A stretch of 64,000 bases of DNA from an uncultured bacterium. Lineage in GTDB: Bacteria > Chloroflexota > UBA5177 > JANWHV01. Every line of letters starts with the position of its first letter. The first letter of the stretch is position 1. Where the stretch lies: positions 128,001 to 192,000 of the forward strand of contig CAVSOU010000007.1 in NCBI GenBank assembly GCA_963729625.1, read 5' to 3'. The notes under the pieces are model-generated. The model was not told where the DNA came from, ran no database searches, and saw only the letters and a list, made by a program, of their open reading frames with translations. Below, one piece after another: positions 59,474-64,000 of this stretch. A program made the position numbers and the translations under genes.

Positions 59474-60745
59474 ATGCAGCGCCTAAAGCGGCTACCGTTG
59501 TCGGCATTCAGCGTGCTGGCCGCCGGCGTCCGGCGCCAGCCTGTCGTCTTGGCCACTGCCTCCATCGCGGTACTGCTGGCAGTACACTGGAGGACAGCAA
59601 CCACGAGCCTGGGCGCGCAAGCTGCAGACTCATTCAAGCACCTGCAGCCAGCGACCGTTGTGGCCGCGCTGATGCTCAGCAGCACGGCAGCCCTGCTTAG
59701 CGGTATGGCATGGCAACGGCTCATTACGCAACTCGGCTACCGTTGCTCGCTCCACACCGGCCTCACCACGTACCTGAGCGCGGGACTAGGCGGCTACGTG
59801 CTAAACGGCATCGGTCCCGCCGTTGGCTGCGCCGCGAGTCTGCAAAGCCGAGGCGTCCCGGTGCGACGTTCGGCGCTGATCACCATCATTGCCAATGTCC
59901 TCGGTCTCCTCGGCGTACTGATCTGGACGCCTCTCGGCCTCGTCGTTCTCTTGCGATCGTCTCGCTCTCGCACGTTGCTGCCGCTTGGTCCGATGCAAAT
60001 CGCCGCCGAAGCGCTTGCCCTCCTTCTGCTAGCCATAGCTCTCGTGTTCGTGCTCTACGCCCTTGCACGTGCGACCCGCACGCACAGTCGCGTAGCACAC
60101 TTCATCGTTGGGCCGATACCGCTCACCGATCGCCGGAACGGCGAAGACGTGCGCTGCCGGAGGCTTCTCACCCTGCTGCCGTTCAACGCCGCATCCTGGA
60201 TCGTCGGTTCCTGCGCGCTCTATCTCATTCTCGTCGCCATGTGCAGTGGCGCCACACCCAACGTGTTGACTGTAATCGGCTGTGCGGCAGCGGCCTCCGC
60301 GTTGGGCTCACTCGCCTGCTTTGCGCCTGAAGGTATCGGCGTCAGCGATAGCGCTCTGGTCATCCTGTTGGTCCATACGACCGCGGTTTCGCCCGCGATC
60401 TGCATTTCGGCAGCGCTGGCCGTTCGCACGCTCGACCCGTTGACCAAGCTGAGTCTCCTCGCGCTCCTTGCGCTGACCTCGAACCCGCGCCGCGTTCAGG
60501 CCTTTGCCAAAGCCGCTGATCGTATTATCCACCTCGGCTGGCAATTCGGCCCCGGGCGCAACCGTGTCCCCGCGCCCGCGCTCGCGACGACTTTGCCGAT
60601 AGCGACCCAAGCCGTCTCGCGCATGCTCCGATCCTTTGTTGAACCCCGATTGCGCCATCCGCATCACGGCGCCGATCGGCGCGCCGAGGCTGCCGCACTG
60701 TTCCTTGAGTTGGATGAGCTTGACGATCACCTTCTTGCATCCTGA
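59474..60745 (+). CDS. Lysylphosphatidylglycerol synthase TM/UPF0104 flippase-like protein
   Basis: About 8 TMs; AWQRLI...YLSAGLGGYVL; FAPEGIGVSD resembles the family PGGxGxxE motif. Confidence 0.7.
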   Translation: MQRLKRLPLSAFSVLAAGVRRQPVVLATASIAVLLAVHWRTATTSLGAQAADSFKHLQPATVVAALMLSSTAALLSGMAWQRLITQLGYRCSLHTGLTTYLSAGLGGYVLNGIGPAVGCAASLQSRGVPVRRSALITIIANVLGLLGVLIWTPLGLVVLLRSSRSRTLLPLGPMQIAAEALALLLLAIALVFVLYALARATRTHSRVAHFIVGPIPLTDRRNGEDVRCRRLLTLLPFNAASWIVGSCALYLILVAMCSGATPNVLTVIGCAAAASALGSLACFAPEGIGVSDSALVILLVHTTAVSPAICISAALAVRTLDPLTKLSLLALLALTSNPRRVQAFAKAADRIIHLGWQFGPGRNRVPAPALATTLPIATQAVSRMLRSFVEPRLRHPHHGADRRAEAAALFLELDELDDHLLAS

Positions 60746-60929
60746 CGCAGCCCACTCTTATCGACGGCAATCGCTGCCCATCCTGGAATTGCCGACCATT
60801 AGAGGCTGGGGTGTCTTCTGCAAGCCGCTGCCATGCACTGCCCGCAAATCGCAAGAGTCCGCACCGGCTGCTCGATGTCTATCGACGTCGGCCGGCGAGA
60901 TGTCCTTGGGTATGGCGGACCCCGTGCGG

Positions 60930-62036
60930 CTACCTTACCGCTATCCCACCTTCATCCTGCGTGCCCAGCCCAGGCGACCGATCTGTGATCTCCGTGAGCG
61001 GCGCCACATTGCCGCTCGCGTTACTGGCAAAGACCAGGACGGTATCGTTAGGCTGAGCGACAAAGAGCCTGCCATCACCCGCCACAGCGATCTTGTTGGT
61101 TCCAAGAACGCCGGTTCCCACAATCTTGGTCAGTGGCCCGAGAATCACGCGCTCAGGAGGCACATCGCCACTGGCCCAGCGCGAAAACACGCTCACCTCG
61201 CTCTTGGTGCTCGAGCTGAAGACGAATAGCTCGCCCGTCACGGGATTGACGGCGATACTGAGCGTCTCGCTATCGAACATGTTGGTGCTGCCCGGCAATA
61301 GCCCGGTCCGCGCGCCCACCAAAGAGCGAATGAGCTTGGTGCTGGTGCCGAGTGTCGTGCCGGTATTGTACGTATCGACGCGCGCTTGGCCATCAGCCTG
61401 ATAGCCCGCGATGAGCAGGTTGTCGTCGGGGTCTACAGCGATACCTGCTACGACGGCGAGAGCCGGGTCAGTGATCACGGCCTCGCTTGGCTGCTGGCCG
61501 GAAGCACCACCTCGGTACACCAACACGCGTGGCCCACCGCGAATACTGAGCACGTAGTCGTGGAGGTGTGAGTCGAGTGCGATGCCTGTCAGGTCATTCG
61601 TGTCGGTGAATACGGTGCGCGTAGGCGCAGTGTTACCCGTAGCATCGCTCTGGAAGACGCTGAAACTCCCGTTTGTCAGGAACTGCACCACGTGCAGCAA
61701 TCCATTGACGCTCAGCGCTAAGGATCGAGCACTCGACAGCGTAGTCAGCGGTCCACCCAGCACCTGACAGGGGAGAGTTGGCCCTTGCGCATCAGCTGAA
61801 TAGCCCCGCACCTGGTCCTCGAGTGCCAGGAAGACTGCAGCATGGGGGCATACGGACGCTTCGGCGGACGATACGCCCTGCATAGCCACGATCGTCGCGT
61901 TTGCTGTGTCGTACCGACCCTGGACAGTGCTGATAGTGCCTGAGCCAAACACCAGCGCCGCGGCGAGCACGATGCTGACGAACTCGTGATCCGTGAGTCC
62001 GCCGGCGCGCACGAGGTCACCGCAGCGGTAGCTCAA
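60930..62036 (-). CDS. Putative secreted beta-propeller (NHL-like) repeat protein
   Basis: Repeats GIALDS/GIAVDP/SIAVNP/KIAVAG with ATGNTAP/ASGDVPP/ASGNVAP; hydrophobic N-terminal segment; start uncertain. Confidence 0.72.
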   Translation of the reverse strand: MSYRCGDLVRAGGLTDHEFVSIVLAAALVFGSGTISTVQGRYDTANATIVAMQGVSSAEASVCPHAAVFLALEDQVRGYSADAQGPTLPCQVLGGPLTTLSSARSLALSVNGLLHVVQFLTNGSFSVFQSDATGNTAPTRTVFTDTNDLTGIALDSHLHDYVLSIRGGPRVLVYRGGASGQQPSEAVITDPALAVVAGIAVDPDDNLLIAGYQADGQARVDTYNTGTTLGTSTKLIRSLVGARTGLLPGSTNMFDSETLSIAVNPVTGELFVFSSSTKSEVSVFSRWASGDVPPERVILGPLTKIVGTGVLGTNKIAVAGDGRLFVAQPNDTVLVFASNASGNVAPLTEITDRSPGLGTQDEGGIAVR

Positions 62037-62397
62037 GGCCCCAACCGTATGATCGCTACTGCGCTGTGGCGTTCAGCGCTGCAGCGGCAATCTGTGGCAT
62101 GCGCCCCGGCCGTGTGTGCTGCAGTGCTCTCTGCGAGAGGGCCGACGCGGGCCGGCAACGGCTGCCGGAAGTGGCGAGCTGATGTATATCGATGTAAGGG
62201 AGCGTGCCAGTCATGCATGCCGAAGGGCGCCGACCATGTCCGCAGTAGTGGGGTGACCGAAAGCGCGCTCACTTTGATCACCGCGGCCGTCTCCTGCCAT
62301 CCGTGACCGCCCCGAGTCGCTGACACCTTGCGTGGATCCAGCCCATCGTGCAGGCCGTCTTCCACCGGGGAGCGCGGGAGCCGGAGTCATCCCTTGT

Positions 62398-62600
62398 TCA
62401 GCCTGCCTGTTCGCTGCTCGACCGCGTACGCAGACGGCCTCCAGTGGCGAGCCAGCAGACGCCCAAGGCGGCGACGCCGATCGAGATAGAGAACTGCTTG
62501 ATCGTGGCCAGGGTGCCGGACGCAACGCCGGCGTGCTGCGCCGGCACGCCGACGAGCACCGCGCCTATCATGGAGGGCATCATCAGGCCATTGCCGATGC
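62398..62600 (-). pseudogene. C-terminal fragment of a DHA2-type MFS transporter
   Basis: IGNGLMMPSMIGAVLVGVPAQHAGVASGTLATIKQFSISIGVAALG with no recognisable upstream MFS sequence. Confidence 0.65.
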
Positions 62601-63033
62601 TTCTGAGTATGAGACATGCGCCCCGATCGTGAATGCTTGCGTCCGATCTCGTTGGCGAGAGCAGAGTGCGACTCGGCCCACAGTCCCAGTATGTCCATCG
62701 GCGAGCGCGGTGATCCGGGAGACCACGTTCCTCGGAAATCCAGTGCGCTCGCGTCCAGTGCGCAGTCTGCTGTGCAGCGTCTTCCAGTTGGGCTCGGCTT
62801 CTAGCGATGATCGCGGCGGCCACATCAGGAAGCACAGATCGGACGCGCGCTCACGTGCAGCTTGAGCTCGTCCGAAACGAGCACAAGACGATAGCGTGTT
62901 GTATAGGCTATGCAAACTCGAGATGCGCGTGCTTGCTCGCCCGTCGATGGCGAGCCTCGTGAGAGAGTTTTTGAGAGTGTTCGTGGTGGTCGTGGGAGCG
63001 CCATCATCTGTAGTGTGATAGGCAGGAGCACAG

Positions 63034-64000
63034 GTGGAGAGGTTGGGCTCCCGCTACAACGGCGGGGATGCGCCCACGCCGGAGCGGAGGCCGACCGTGG
63101 ACGAGATCGACTACCGTGCGTGTCCAGTCTGCCGCGCATCGATGCCGCGATACGGCACTTGCCCAGTGTGCAGCCACGTCTTGCCCGCGCATTTGGCCTC
63201 CCAATACGATGCACGTGCGGCCGCGGCGCTGGCCGACTGGTCGCGGCGCTGGCCCCTGCCCGCCGCGTACACTGAGCCGGCACGGGCGGCGCTGGTCACG
63301 CTGCTGGGGGGTGCCCTCGCCGTGGTCGTCTGGCTCTGGGTTGCAGGCAACCGCTGGGATGCAGCCATTGCCCCCTCCACCTTCACCCTCTGTGAGCCGG
63401 GCACTGCGGTCGGCTCCGCCTGCGTTAGCCCAGCCGTTGTCCCGCTGCACGCCACGCCCGGCCAGGCCTACGCCGAGGCCCACGGCCTCGCCGCCGTCTT
63501 TGTGCCCATGCTCCTGCTGATCATGGCGTGGCTCTATCGGCTCGCATTGCTCCGGTTGCGGCGAGCCGGGCCACTGCGGACCTACCTGGAACTGGCCGCC
63601 CTCGGCCTGGTCGCAAGCCTCACCCTGCCCGTCCTGCTTCTAGCTGGTGGTGACGCGTTCCATGCCCTTGGCCTCTACACGACAGGGCAGGTGCCGCTCA
63701 ACGCGTATGGGGGGCCATCCTCTGGGTGGTTTCCCCTTGCCGGCACCTACCTCACGCGCCTCGCGGCCATCTGGCCGCAGGTCGTGCTCTGGGCGCTTCA
63801 AATGGCTGCGCTCATGAGCGCGCTGCACCTGGGCTGCGCGGTCCTGTTCGCCGACTGGGGAGCGGTGCGCGCCGAGGCACCTGCCGGTGGGCTCGACGAG
63901 ACGTGGCGCCTGGCCGGCCAGGCTACACGAGAAGGGTCGCCCATGGCCGACCGCGCGACGCGGAGGCGGGAGGCGTGGCTGCTGGTGGGCGTCCCGCTGC
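63034..64000 (+). CDS. Partial membrane protein with N-terminal zinc-ribbon-like motif
   Basis: AGGAG RBS then GTG; frame stays open to the window end; CPVC-x9-CPVC followed by several TM segments. Confidence 0.7.
   Translation, partial: MERLGSRYNGGDAPTPERRPTVDEIDYRACPVCRASMPRYGTCPVCSHVLPAHLASQYDARAAAALADWSRRWPLPAAYTEPARAALVTLLGGALAVVVWLWVAGNRWDAAIAPSTFTLCEPGTAVGSACVSPAVVPLHATPGQAYAEAHGLAAVFVPMLLLIMAWLYRLALLRLRRAGPLRTYLELAALGLVASLTLPVLLLAGGDAFHALGLYTTGQVPLNAYGGPSSGWFPLAGTYLTRLAAIWPQVVLWALQMAALMSALHLGCAVLFADWGAVRAEAPAGGLDETWRLAGQATREGSPMADRATRRREAWLLVGVPL

Overview
GC-rich bacterial chromosome segment; gene content suggests Chloroflexota or a related Terrabacteria lineage (inference). Positions ~1-50,900 are mostly housekeeping: a complete 14-gene nuoA-N complex I operon (minus strand), a radical SAM/GT4/MFS trio, recJ-lysC-asd, a SCO1664-family kinase-like gene, dtd, rpoD with a very long non-conserved insert, ppdK, recO, an orphan Flp pilin opposite two sensor kinases and a NarL-type regulator, tlyA-nadK, TetR, holB plus a truncated RicT/PSP1-like gene, GT4/RmlC-like genes, SRAP, MFS, a divergent isocitrate/isopropylmalate dehydrogenase, HAD, a hybrid kinase, a metallophosphoesterase and a GT-C-like membrane protein. 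From ~50,900 an accessory, partly decayed region begins at a group II intron remnant. It holds a c-di-GMP-I riboswitch plus terminator upstream of a secreted clan GH-A-like hydrolase, a divergent paralogue, a pstS remnant behind a Pho-box-like repeat that is translationally coupled to a GGDEF-EAL gene, a GH26 enzyme, a flippase-like protein and several genes with apparent internal deletions. The best candidate for an undescribed system is this phosphate/c-di-GMP-linked glycan-remodelling module. Family calls come from motif recognition only; no searches were run, and several start codons were moved by eye using RBS position.
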